Positions 47,016 to 63,124 of a DNA stretch of 64,000 bases are shown one piece after another. Position numbers and translations under genes: made by a program. Every line of letters starts with the position of its first letter. Position 1 is the first letter of the stretch. Below the pieces are notes generated by a model. It did no database searches. It was not told the origin of the DNA and worked only from the letters and a program-made list of their open reading frames with translations. This DNA is from the human T2T-CHM13v2.0 reference genome, Homo sapiens, in the NCBI RefSeq assembly GCF_009914755.1, contig NC_060937.1; one strand, written 5' to 3'.

Positions 47016-47775
47016 GGGGAGAGACTCCAGAACAGATGTGAAACTTAGTGGCTGGAAGCTTACAAAGTACACATGTCATGACCTACTTGAATACCTTATG
47101 CGAAGAAAATAAACTTTACCCGTCCTGATACTGGATTTGCTTTAGGAACATGTTTAGCGAATAGCTGTTTGGAAGTGTGTAAGGGGTACTTTTTCTTTAT
47201 CTTCCTCATATTGGATCATGAACCAGGTCTACCATGGACAGCCATTCATGGAATTTAGGGCAAAGTCTAGTTTGTGTGATTGCATTGTGTTCATTTGGGT
47301 TCTTTTTACCATTTGAGTAGATGTACTGTTACTGCTTACCAAAGACACATTTTGGGTATACAGTGCGTGTGCAGCTCAATACCTTATTCTAGAAGCTGCT
47401 GCTCTTCATTTTGTCTTCAGTTTTGTAAAAGCCCCGTAATCCTGCTGGTGAGACATATTAGAGTGTGATAAGCATCACTTCACAGTGACATCTGTGAAGT
47501 TCTTCTGTTCTTTTTGCAGCTACTATTTAATTGTTTGGCTATTTAATATTTTGTGGCGCTTCCCCCCTTGTGCAAGGAAGTATATGGCAGGATGCCTGAC
47601 AAGACACGTAGGAAGCCACACAGTAGTCAGCATCTCAAGTGTGTGTTCCTGAGAAATAGCCTTCCCAAGCCGGCATATGTTTTGTATGGTGTAAATTCTC
47701 AAGATTGTGAGGGGAACAGCTAAGGTAATTCCTAAGGTATCCGTGTTAATTACCTAAGGTAATTACCAAGCATCA

Positions 47776-48257
<482 letters not shown>

Positions 48258-48626
48258 CTAGCACCGTATGTTTGTCATTCTCATTGAAGTCTCCCCTTTG
48301 AGATCACCAGTAGAATCCCCATGTTTCAGATGCAGTAACACGGACAGGAAGTAAGGGATTTGCTCAGAGTGGTTTATATCAGAAGAGCAGCTGTAGGACC
48401 AAACCCAGATCTAGTAACAAATGTGGCTTCCTTCACATGAGCATCTGGGTGGTTGGGAGTTAGTTATTCCTGACTGTTGGGTGGAGAGCAATTTGATGGG
48501 ACAAAACCAGTTCTTCTGTGTTGAGGCTTAGACACCAGCCACTTAACGGGCCAGACAGCTGAGGTCCGGATTTCTCTGCTTCCTGAGCCAGTTACTCTTG
48601 TATAGCGGGGGAGGAGTGGGCACATT

Positions 48627-48913
48627 CTTTTTTTGAGATGGAGTCTTGCTCTGTTGCCCAGGCTGGAGTGCAGTGGCACAGTCTCCCCTCACTGCAAGCT
48701 CTGCCTCCCGGGTTCAAGCTATTCTTCTGCCCAGCCTCTTGAGTAGCTGGGACTACAGGTGCCCGCCACCATTCCAGACTAATTTTTTGTATTTTTAGTA
48801 GACACGGGGTTTCACCCTGTTAGCCAGGATCGTCTTGATCTCCTGACCTCATGATCCACCCGCCTTGGCCTCCCAAAGTGCTGGGATTACAGGCGTGAGC
48901 CACCGCGCCTGGC
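48627..48913 (-). mobile_element. AluY-like element
   Basis: CAAGCTCTGCC and TGTTAGCCAGGAT diagnostics; directly abuts the Tigger1 fragment. Confidence 0.85.
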
Positions 48914-49980
48914 ATCAAGTTTGATTGTGAGAGTGCAGCAATTCAGTCACATGTCCAAGCTCCACTCCTAGTTCTTTTGCTGTTTTCCCTACATCTGCAG
49001 TTACTTCTTGAACCCCTCAAAGTCACCCATGAGGGTTAGAATCCAGTTCTTCAAACTCTTGTTCATGTTGATAATTTGGCCTCTTCCCATGTGAATTCAA
49101 CACAAATGTTCTTAATAGCATCTAGAATGGTGAAGAAGGTTTTCAATTTACTTTGCCCAGATCCATCAGAGGAAACACTGTGGCAGCTGTAGTCTTCCAA
49201 ATGTATTTCTGAAATAATAAGACTTAAAAGCTGAAACGACTGCTTGATCCATGGGCTGCGGAATGGATGTCGTGTTAGCAGGCACAAAAACCACATTCAT
49301 CTCCTTGTATATCTCCGTCAGAGCTCCCAGGTAACAAGGTGCATTGTCAATGAGTAGTAATATTTTTAAGGAAATATTTTTTTCTGAGCAGTAGGTCTCC
49401 ACAGCAGGTTTTAAATATTCAGTAAACCATGCCCTAAACAGATGTGCTGTCATCCAGGCTTTGTTTTTGCGTCCTAGAGTACAGGTAGGGTAGACTTAGC
49501 ATCATTCCTAAGGGCCCTGGGATTTTCAGAATGGTAAGTGAGCACTGGCTTCAACTAAAAGTCAGCAGTTGCATTAGCCCTTAGCAAGAGAGTTGGCCTG
49601 TCCTTTGAAGCCAGAGGTTTACTTCTCCTCTCTAGTTGTGAAAGTTAGATGACATCTTCTTCCAACAGAAGGCTGTTTTGTCTACACTGAAAATCTGTAG
49701 TTTAGTGTGGCCACCTTCATCGGTGATCTTAACTAGACCTTCTGCGTGACTTACTGCAGCTTCTTCATCAGCACTTGGTACTTTGCCTTGCACTTTTATA
49801 TTATGGAGATAGTTTCTTTAAACCTCATGAATCAACTTCTGCTAGCTTCACACTTTTCTTTTGCAGCTTCCTCGCCTCTCTCATTCTGTGTAGAATTGAA
49901 GAGAGCTAGGGCCTTGCTCTGGAGTAGGCTTTGGCTTAAGTGAATGTTGTGGCTGGTTTGATTGTCTATGGAGACCACTA

Positions 49981-50484
<504 letters not shown>

Positions 50485-50753
50485 GAATCCCTTTGGTTCC
50501 AGAAAATCTCCTGAAAAAGAGGAAGGCTTATTAAGCCTTCAGAGCTACCCAGGCAAAGCAGGTACTTTTGGCAAAGAGGAACAAAGGAAAGGAAAAGGGC
50601 TCAGGTTTAAGGGACTGGAATCCTACATGATTCCTGGCGGCAGAAACATGACAAGGTGGGTCTCAGACGACTAGAAGTGAAACCTCATGCTTTGGAATTG
50701 CCAGATAAACATTCCTTGGCCTTTCTTGTACGTATCAAAAGGATTGATGGTGT

Positions 50754-51070
50754 GGCCGGGCACGGTGGCTCATGCTTCTAATATCAGCACTTTGGGAGGC
50801 CGAGGCGGGCGGATCACAAGGTGAAGAGTTCAAGACCAGCCTGGCCAACACAGTGAAACCCCATCTCTACTAAAAATACAGTATTAGCTGGGCGTGGTGG
50901 CAGGCGCCTGTAGTCTCAGCTACTCACTCGGGAGGTTGAGGCAGGAGAATCGCTTGAAACCCGGAGGCGGAGGTTGCAGTAAGCCGAGATCTCACCACTG
51001 CACTCCAGCCTGGGCGACAGAGTTAGGCTCTGTCTCAAAAAAAAACAAACAAAACAAAACAAAACAAAAA
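50754..51070 (+). mobile_element. AluSg/Sc-like element inserted in the RPL7L1 retrocopy
   Basis: TTGATGGYGT TSD; GGATCACAAGG shows the 2-nt deletion of Sg/Sc/Y subfamilies. Confidence 0.88.
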
Positions 51071-51983
51071 AAGTTTGATGGCGTGTGAGTTTACTGGTGC
51101 AGAAAACCATTGCAAGATTTTGCCTAAAGAAAGTTTTTAGTGGTGTCTTTGTAAAAGTCACCCCCTGCTGCATGTAATGGGATCTTATGTGACCTGGGGA
51201 TTTCCAAATCTGAATTTTCTCTGGGAACTGATTTTGAAACGTGGTCAAGGTCAAGAATAAGACCATCCCTCTGACAGACAACACAGTGGTTGCGGAGCAC
51301 CTGGGGAAGTATTTCCAGGAGACTTCATGGTTCTTGCGTCGTTTCCACCTCTCAGTGGCCCATCATGCTACCAAAAATAGAGTGGGCTTCCTCGAGATGG
51401 GCACACCTGGCTATCGGGGTGAACACGTCAATCAGCTCATCCGCCAGCTGAACTAGACCCAGGTGCCAAACTGCAGTACATTTTTATCAGTGAAGTGGAA
51501 GCGTGTGTTTTGGGTTTTTTTTGGGGAATTTTTATCAAGTATCTTCAGAGAAGATTATTTCCTGCTTAATCTTCAAAAACTGGAAAGGAAGGGTCAAAGA
51601 AAAGACAGTAGCTTATGTTTATGGCGGGCACCTCTCATCACAGTCATTCCCAAGGAAAAATTCCAGAGTTTTCTACATTGGCAGCTGCCTCGTCTAAATC
51701 AACACATTCCATGTGCATCTTCTATCCTTGGGTTTAATGTTGCTAAATGAGTAACTCTAGCATTTGTACAAGACCCCCTAAGACTCTGGCAGCAGTCGAC
51801 CAAGCCCAGGGACATAATTGAATCTGGAGATTCCTGAGGCCTTGTTTTGAAAAAGACTTGAAATACACATAGGAAGAAAGGCCCAAAAATAAATGTTCAC
51901 TTGTCTCTGCAAAAAAATAAAAATAAAAAATAAAATTAAATTAAAAAATAAAAATATGAAAACTAGCTGGGCATGGTGGCTTA

Positions 51984-52145
<162 letters not shown>

Positions 52146-53154
52146 TCAGCAACAAGGCTATTTCACTTTCCTATCATCCATGTGTTCACTGGAGTAGCAC
52201 TTTTAATTTTCTTCAAGACATTTTTCCTTTGCATTTACAACTTGAGTAACTGCACAAGAGACCTAGCTTTTGGCCTGTTTCAGCTTTCCACATGCTTTCT
52301 CAGTAAGCTTAATCATTTCTAGCTTTTGATTTAAAGTGAGAGACATGTGACTCTTCCTTTCACTTGAACACTTAGAGGCCACTGTAGGGTTATTAATTGG
52401 CTTAATTTCAATACTGTTGTGTCTTGGGGAATAGGGAGGCCCAAGGAGAGGGAGAGAGATGGGGGATTGGCCAGATAGTGGAGCAGTCAGAACACACACA
52501 ACGTTTATTATAGTTTACCATCGTACATGGGCACAGTTTGTGGTTCCCCAAAACAATTTCAATGGTAACATCAAAGATCAGCGATGACAGATCACCACAA
52601 CAGATAACGACGAAAATGGGTTTCCTAATAATGCAGAGGTTTGAAATACTGCAAGAATTACCAAAATGAGACACACAGATGTGAAGTAAGCACATGCTGT
52701 TGGAAAAAATGGTGGCAATAGATAAAGGGTTGCCACAAACCTTTAAATTGTAAAAAGTGCATTATCCTTGAAACACAATAGAGTGAAGCCTAATAAAATG
52801 AGGTAGGCCTGGATTTTTTGGATACTTGATAGTATCTAAGTTTCTTCTCAAACACAGCAAACATTTCACAGTTCAAATTTGCCCATCGGTAGAGTTTTCT
52901 CTGTGGATCTTCTCTGTTAATGCCACATCTGTCTAGAGTAAAAGTTCAATTCAATATTGTGCTATCAACTTAGCAACTTGTTGAAGATGAACTAACATAA
53001 GTACATGCTGTGTGTGTGTTCCGTGTGCAGACACAACACAGGTGAGCTTTCCGTAAGCCTGGATCTTCCCAATGGCGGTGCTTCTCGTGTGCAGGCCAAC
53101 TAGGGAGAAGGGGACACTGGGGCCCACCCGGAGCTCTGTGGGCCTTGTCTCTTG

Positions 53155-53612
53155 TGACAAGGATATTTTGCTCCTTAGCTCAGCAGAGTCCAGGTTCTTG
53201 TCTCAGGACTGGGAAGAAGTAGGCAGGCGGACACTTGGAGAGTGAGTGGAGTAGAATGCACTAAGGGAAAGGAAAACTTAAAGGAAGGGTCTTGAAAGCA
53301 GATTGTGGTTCTCCCTTCACAGTGGAATACAAGGGCTTTTATATACCTGCTGATGGGGCTGCGTTCCCTATTTCTGTAAGCGCGAATTCCTGGCGGCTCC
53401 ACCCGTCCTTCCAATGCAGACGTGGGCCCTTAGTCTGAGCCACTCTACATTGATTTATTTCCCTTACTGCGCATGTGTTAAGGGACAGAACTTTTCCACC
53501 GCAAGCATGTTTGGGCAAGGTCCCTGGGCACGACGACCTTGGTGGGTCAGAGGTTCTCCGGGGACCCTCCCCTGTCTACCGGGGAGAGTTCTCTGCTTCC
53601 TGCCTCCATCTA
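53155..53612 (-). mobile_element. ERV1 solo LTR, MER61-like (subfamily uncertain)
   Basis: Minus strand ends GAGACAAGAACCTGGAC..GCTGAGCTAAGGAGCAAAATATCCTTGTCA; TATATAAAA on the minus strand at 53337-53345. Confidence 0.65.
53503..53522. promoter_or_regulatory. Candidate p53 response element
   Basis: AAGCATGTTT GGGCAAGGTC: two RRRCWWGYYY half-sites with zero spacer and a 19/20 match. Confidence 0.6.
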
Positions 53613-53699
53613 CTCCCCAGTCTGCAGTCTGGCCCTCGGTGGTCCTGCAGATCTGGTGTTGATTTTGCAGGGTGTTTGGAAAGGTACCTGCGTATTTTC

Positions 53700-54163
53700 A
53701 TTTATGGAAGTGACTGAGTGCCGACGAGGAGAGGTTAATGCCCTTGAGAGGAGAATTTATTACTTCATCACCTAAGAGAAGGGGGCACACCCCTCCATGC
53801 AGGGCACAGGGGAACCACCAGTGTGGGTCAGGAGGCAGAAAGGAGCCAGAGAAAAGTGTGGGTGGGAACCTTAGTGGGGCTTCCTCGGGAAAGGCAGTGC
53901 GTGGCTGGTTTGAATAATGATGGTGGGCTTTGGGGTGGTCTCTATTTGCCTGGTATCTGGCCCTGGGATGTTTTAAGGCAGGGAAAATACTGGCTTGGTG
54001 TGTGTTAGAGAAAATGGGCAGCTGGCTTACTTCCAAGTTCTTTACTAAATTGAGGAATTAGCTGGTCTTGGGAGAGGCAGTGTCTTTCTGGGTCTGTAAG
54101 TCCCTGGAAAATGTTAAAGTATCATAAGATAAAAAAAAAAAAAATTTAAACCTGATTAATACA
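53700..54163 (-). mobile_element. ERVL-type LTR, MER73/MER74-like
   Basis: Minus strand starts TGTATTAATCAGGTTT...ACTGCCTCTCCCAAGACCAGCTAATTCCT...CCCAGGGCCAGATACCAGG. Confidence 0.55.
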
Positions 54164-55618
54164 CTGTGAACCTAGAAGTAACCAGATTTTAGGAAACTGA
54201 CCTATAGTGAGCAAACTCACAGGGATTGATAGCTAAGCCAGAATATGCATTTATTAGCTTGAGGGGAGGAATGTTTCTTCCAGTGACCAAATCTTTAAGT
54301 CTGCCCTCCAGAATATTGACTAAATATTCTGCCATCTAGAATGGAATAATTAGGAAACTCATTAGTCACCTTAATTTCAAACTAGTTTGGTTTATGTGGT
54401 AATCAGAGCAAACGGTGACGTGGTGTACCTGTGCCGCGCAGGGACTTGGTGAATTAATCTCTTCTCCCAGAACGCCCCACAAGGGCCACCGCCGTGCCTT
54501 CCCTTTTCTTTGCCTCTGCGCTGCTGTTATCTTCCCACAGAAAGGCCCCCTGCAGTCGATTAGGCTTCAGCTACCTAAACAATAGGCACAGACCCAAACG
54601 ATGTCAAACTACAGTTTTCTCCTGCCCTTAGGGTGGCACTCAGGCCACTTTGATTGGAATTTTGAGTGTCCCCAAACTCTGGTTGTACTCTTTCACAGAT
54701 GGGCAATTACAGTACTGCTCTGTGGAGTTTTACCAGTATAGCTCTCAGAAATTCCTAAGAATTTTCTATTTCTTAGGTTACACTCTCTATAGTACATACA
54801 CTCAGACAGAAAAATATATTTCACGAAGAGAGCCCTGAAAAATCTCATCTCTAGTCCCAGTGATGCCTTAAACTGGTTGTGTGACCTTCGTAAACCTCAG
54901 TTTTCTTTGTTGTAAAATGAAAGGTCGGGGTCGGTGACCTCTAGAGTCTATCCCACCCCTAGCCTGCTCCGAGAGTGATTGCATTTGGCACAATATGCAG
55001 TTTGCTTCGCAGCAGTAGCAAAATGACACATGCAACTTATTATCATCATTGTCTATCTTTTGATTTCCTTGAGTTTTCCAGTCTCATTAGGGGAGACATC
55101 TCTGGCTTATCGCACAATGACATCGTGTCTTGTAACTTAATTTCTGGGGACAACACATTGTGCTGCCACAGGCACAGTGCTAATAATCAAGGTTGTCTGT
55201 TCTGCTTACTGTGACTTTTTTGTGGTTTCTGGAGAAAAAATGCAGATGCTTTTCAATTATTCTAAGGGAATTTTGATGAACCCCCTGGGTAGAGTTCCCT
55301 GTGCCACCTGCCATGAGAAGTGAGTTTTATCGAACAGAAGGTAGGGAATTGAATTGCTCATATTTGTTTTCTTTCTGGTACCTATAGTATTATTTCAAGC
55401 TCAAGCATTTTAATAAATATTTAATAAATACCTGTCTAAAATAGGCCAAAACTGTCATAAACTAAACCTCTTTTCTTCTTCAATTTTAAATGCAAATGAG
55501 TTAATTTGACTTTTAGTGGAATTTCCAAGATAAAGGCCCATGTTTTTCCTTTATGTATCCGAAAGTTATTTTTGATGGTATAGTGAACGTCCTGCTTACT
55601 ACACATTTTATGTATTAG

Positions 55619-56032
<414 letters not shown>

Positions 56033-56119
56033 GTATATGTCCATTTTGCAGGCCAGAATTCTTTGACTGTTTGATTTACAGAGAATTTTCAAATATCTGC
56101 CTCTAAGGACTTTTGTAGC

Positions 56120-57095
<976 letters not shown>

Positions 57096-58329
57096 GAAGA
57101 CAGGCTTGTTTTTAAATATTCTCTATGTAGTATTCTGCTTTCTTCCCTAGAAATCATAATTAATGCAGAAGTAGCCCAAATTGTGTATGTTAATTTGTTT
57201 TATTTTTTTAAAACAAACTTGACCCCCCAAAAGCAACAAAGCACATACATTTCAGTTAATATATATTTTCTAGGACGTTATTGTCTCTTCTCAAATGAGA
57301 TGATTTCGATATGAAGCACAGAGTTCCTTTCATTTTCCTATGCTCATTCTCTCTCTTTTTAATGGTATCACATACTGTGCAGGAAGGTCATTATATAAGG
57401 AGAGGAAAAAAGAATAATCAGCATAGAAGAGAAAATTAATGCTGTTTGTGTAATTTTTAATAGGAATGTTGTAAAATTTTGAGATTTAAACCAACTACTA
57501 ATATTTTTTATACATTACTGGGCAGTTTCCTCTTGTTGCCTGTGAACTGATACTTTGCCTTGGAAACTCAGATAGTAAAAATATTTGTCAAAGCTTCAAA
57601 TACCAGTGTTTTAATTCCTTAGTCATTTAGATATTAATCCTGTTCTGGAGACCACCTACATGTGTTTGTAAGGGATGTGATAACTGACACTGTATTTAAT
57701 TAGCACTAATATTGTGAAAAAAGCAAAACATATTAAGTATCTTTCCAAGTCACTAGTTTGAAATTAGCAGAAGTGAGGAAGAGAAAGTCCTGTCCACCCC
57801 CCACCCTTAGTTTGCATACCCATGGAAGTTTGTGATCCATTTACTCATTCATTTATCCAAGTATTTGATAGGTACATATTTTGTGGTGGACAACATTCCA
57901 GGTATTGTGGAAATGGACCAATTTCAATAGGACAGAAATCTGAATCACAAATAAGCATCCAGTGGCAACCAGCTGGTGTACACACTGCACCTAAATACAA
58001 ATTCATAGGTATCAAAATCACCTTCATGTGTCACACAGTCACCTTTCTTAGTTCCTCATAGCAAAACTGGGGGACTCTGAGGTCAGTCCCCAGAGTACCT
58101 GGTTGAGGGGTGGGGCAGGGCAGTTGAATAAGGGAGTAGAATGAATGAAAACTTTAGACTCTGAAGCTCGTCACTTTATTCTGCCATATTTTAGTTTTGT
58201 GGTATTAAATCTCTACAGAAATTAATTATCTTGCTTCCTTTCTTGAATTCCTTTTCAAATGTTATAGTTACTACTTCAGTAATTCTATCCCATCTGTTTA
58301 TATACAAAAGGTAATTTACCGGGTAATGA

Positions 58330-58530
58330 CCGAGGGCACCTGCTTTAAAGTCAAGTGCATACTAATTTACTGGCTATTTGCTTGGCCTCATTTACGCTCT
58401 CTCGGCACAGTTTCTGGGTCTGTAAAATGAGAGTGATTGTACCATCTACCTCATTGGCGACAGTGAGAATTAAATGAGTTGGTGCATGCATAACACTTAG
58501 TACAGTTCCTGGCACAATGTTACCACTCAA
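58330..58530. mobile_element. MIR fragment
   Basis: CAGTTTCTGGGTCTGTAAAATGAGAGTGATTGTACCATCTACCTCA...ATTAAATGAG...CCTGGCACA. Confidence 0.7.
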
Positions 58531-60588
58531 TAACTAGCAGTGTGGAAATATTTCACACCTAAGAGTAAAGTTTTATTTACCTTTAGGAGACAGGATCCTG
58601 GGAACTTTCTGGTTGCCATAGCTGCTTCCTCAAGGCAACTAAGTTAGATGTGGAGTTTCTAATTCCTGTTGGAAATTCAGTGAATAAGAAAATACTACTG
58701 AAAGTTATACTATTTTCTGCATGTTAATGATTTGATATTATACAGCTTTAAGTTCTCAGTGCTCATTCGGGTAGTGCAGGTGAGAGACGGCGGCTTTAGG
58801 GGCAAGGCAGTGACCCTGTGGATGATGGGAAGAGAGTTGTTAAGAAATAATTGTTTAAATCATCCAGAGAGTACTGTAGCAAGGATTGTTCCTAAAAAGA
58901 ACTGTGGTAATCCTTGTTGAATAGCAAGTTTGGACAGTATACGGTAGGGAAATCTCAGGAATACTATAAACAAATAAAATGATGGGGTGAGCCCTATGAA
59001 GCGTGTGTTCTCCTGTGGGCAGTGGCAGAGTTACCCTTCACCCCTGAGTCCTGATTTCTCAGCCTCTTCATGTGACTGTCTCCTTGGCTCCTGGGAAAGA
59101 AAGAAGCCTCTACCTTCCCTGGATTGAATGCAGCCCTTCTTGTCCCGTCTGCAGAGCATGAGGAACAGCTGGCCACCTGCACCTGACAAGGCCTGTGGCC
59201 GCGGGCAGTACCCAGCCCTGCGCTGACGGCCGCTCCAGGTTGTTGCTGGATGTGGCGAGCTCGAGCTAATCGGGCCTTTTAGGCTTTTGTTTCTTAGCAA
59301 ATGATCAGCTGTGAACTGCCCTTGGCCTAACTTGGCCTTGTTAGCTCAGAAGCCCGCAATTCATTGCATTTTACCCTGAAGAGGAATGGTAGGTCTGAGG
59401 ACATATTTATTTTTCTGTGGATTTTTTTTCCCCTTGATCCAGGAAATTGTCTGTCTTCAACAACCTAGTCTTGTCTCCTCCAGAGAAAAGTTTTGAATCC
59501 TCTGAGGAGCGGTCTGTCGCCATTGTGGCCTGTGGTCAGTGGGTCAGACCAGAGCCCTGACAACTGTCTCCCTTCCTGGGCCCAAGTGGACACCAGAGGA
59601 GTTTGGGGCTCTGGGATCAGCCTGCTCTGGCGAGTGTCCTTTCCCTCCCACTCTGGAACTGTAGCTTCTCAGCCCTCTTCTTGATGCTGGGCGGGTGCCT
59701 GGGAGGCCCCACCCCTTCCCTGGGTACCTGGGGAGGTCCCCGACTGAGAGGTGGGAAGACCTGTGTCCCCTCCCCCAGCACACTCTCAGCCTCTGACTTA
59801 GTTCTCATAGGAGGAGGCAACAGCTTCCAGGAGCTGCTGCTGTTACCCTCGACGCCATGATGAGGAGGAAATTGCCTGGTCAGGAGGGCTCGCCTGCCTC
59901 TTCACAGCCAGGCGTACTGTAGCGGCCTCAGGAGCGGTCACCCTGGGAGTGACTCCTCACCTCCTAAGCAGCCCTGGGGCATGAACACTCGTCCTGGAAA
60001 TCCTGCTAGGCTGGCTTAAGGGAGTTGCTTCTAGCATGCCTTTCTGGATAAGCCTAGTAGAATTGCTTTTTCTACTATAAAAAGGAAAGAATGGGGCTCC
60101 TCATATTATAGTAACAGAATTCTTGGTACTAGAACTGGTAAGCCAAGAGAAATGGAAGCTGACCAACTTTTCTCTCTGCACAGGGTTCAGAGGGATAGAA
60201 ACACACAATTTGACTCTGCATGCACCAGAACCTTCTCACTCAGGGTAAGGGACAGCCACAGTTTCTGGGACGTTACCTAAAAACACAATAATCCCACTTA
60301 TTCTCTGACAGATAATCATCAGTCATAGCCCCACTACTCACTTTTATTAAAGAAATAGCTGGGCCCTTTTAGGTAAAGCCCTTTATATACTGGGAAAAAA
60401 GGTCATGTTATCCATTCCTCAAATCCCAGGTAAACTCCTGCTGGTTACTCAAAAATAAAAACCAAAATGAAAGCCCATTCATCACAGGGATGCCTAATCT
60501 TGTAATGAGGGAATCACTGAGTGTGGCACAGGGAAGACTCCTGAGAGATTCTGATGGGGTACAAGTGTGCTGACCAACGTCCTAGATA

Positions 60589-61006
60589 CAGTGGGCCCTT
60601 GAACAATATGGGGGCTAGGGATATCAACCCTGTGCAGTCAGAAATCTACGGATACCTTCTGACTCTCCCAGAATGTAACTGCTAGTAGCCTACTGCTGAC
60701 CAGAAGTCCTACCAATAACATACAGTCATTTAGCACGTATTTGGTATGTTACATGATTATATACTGTATTCCTGCAATAAAGTAAGCTAGAGAAAGTGTT
60801 AGGAAAATCATAACGACAAAATATATTTATTATTCATTAAGTGGAAGTGGATCATCTTAAAGATCTTGATCTTCATTGTCTTCACGTTGAGTTGGCTGAG
60901 GAGGAGGGGGCTTGATCTTGCTGTCTCAAGAGCAGCGGAGTCATAAGAAAATGCACATTTAAGTGGCCCCATGCAGTTCAAATCCATGTTGCTCAAGGCT
61001 CAACTG
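60589..61006. mobile_element. Tigger2a/MER28-like MITE
   Basis: Inverted termini CAGTGGGCCCTTGAACAA / TTGCTCAAGGCTCAACTG with TA flanks. Confidence 0.8.
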
Positions 61007-62140
61007 TACACCGAACTGAAAAATGATTCCATTTTTAGTAGGAAATGGCCTACTCTAAGTCCTACTGCTTCCCTTTGCACTTGATGGCAAGGGTCTTTAA
61101 CTGTGTCAGTGGAGCTGGTTTGGCTCCACTGATAGAGACTCCCTGACCATCTGATAGGCCACTTTTGTTAGAGGAGAAGGTACCCCCTTGCCTACCTGTT
61201 CTTTTCTTACTTCATGGGTCTTGATTCCTGACTCAGGAGCACCCGTTACAGAAAAGCCCTGGGACTAGATCTAATTTTATTTAATGAAAAACCTATGGAG
61301 CATTTACTCTTGCTTCTAATAAATTAACAAGTCAGGGCTTTCTTCTGAATAGGAGGGTCTCTTGACTCTTTGGTATTTGACTTTTGAACCAGACTAGATG
61401 AGGCAGAGCTTCAGCACATATTTTACCAGTGTCTTCAGCAAATGCCTTTCTCTTTGCAAAGCTCCATATTACTACCAAAAATTAACCCAACTAAATTGTA
61501 ATTTCTACTCACCCACATTTATTGAGTACTGTGTTTCCTTGAAAGATCTCAAACAAGGCACCTTCTTGCAAGATCTTCACCACCAGACCTTCATGATAGT
61601 CACCTCCTCATTAGGCTGAGACGCATACACAGTGATTACGTTCAGACACAGGGACTCCTGTGTCTTAAGACCTTGTGTGACCCTTGTAATTAAAGCATTA
61701 CACTTTGCAAAGGCTGACAGTGGTATAGGGGCTGTCTGAAACTATTCAGCCATAGCCTGGTCTCTGCTTTCTTTTTACAAATGGGAGGTTGGCTAAGGCA
61801 GACACAGGGATGGCTAAGAGGGATAAAGGACGTGACTTCCATAGAACCTTTTGTTCCTAGAGGAACCTCTCCATGAAACACACAGTGAAACTAGATTAAA
61901 CCAAAAAACGCCCTCAGCTCCAGCAGATCCTGAGCTACAAAGCACCTCTTCCCTACCGAGCCTTCTCACCCATGCGCACTGAGTTTCTGAGTATCAGAAA
62001 GTCAGGTTTCTGAATCCCTAGAGAAAGTAAAAATTTCCTTGGACACAATGGGTTTTCTTTGCTTCCTGCATGACAGTCACGAAGGGGAATCTGAAATAGA
62101 GAACTTGAATATGCGGCTTGCTGAAGGGAAGTGTACTGTA

Positions 62141-63124
<984 letters not shown>

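Noticed and set aside
49063-49453. DDE transposase-like ORFs suggesting a domesticated TIGD gene
   Set aside because: Fragmented by stops, frameshifts and a 2.1-kb insertion, and truncated; an ordinary Tigger1 fossil.
51241-51456. Open 71-aa RPL7L1 C-terminal frame as a functional retrogene
   Set aside because: The upstream CDS has an early stop, frameshifts and two Alu insertions; the frame starts at GTG and lacks an internal conserved segment.
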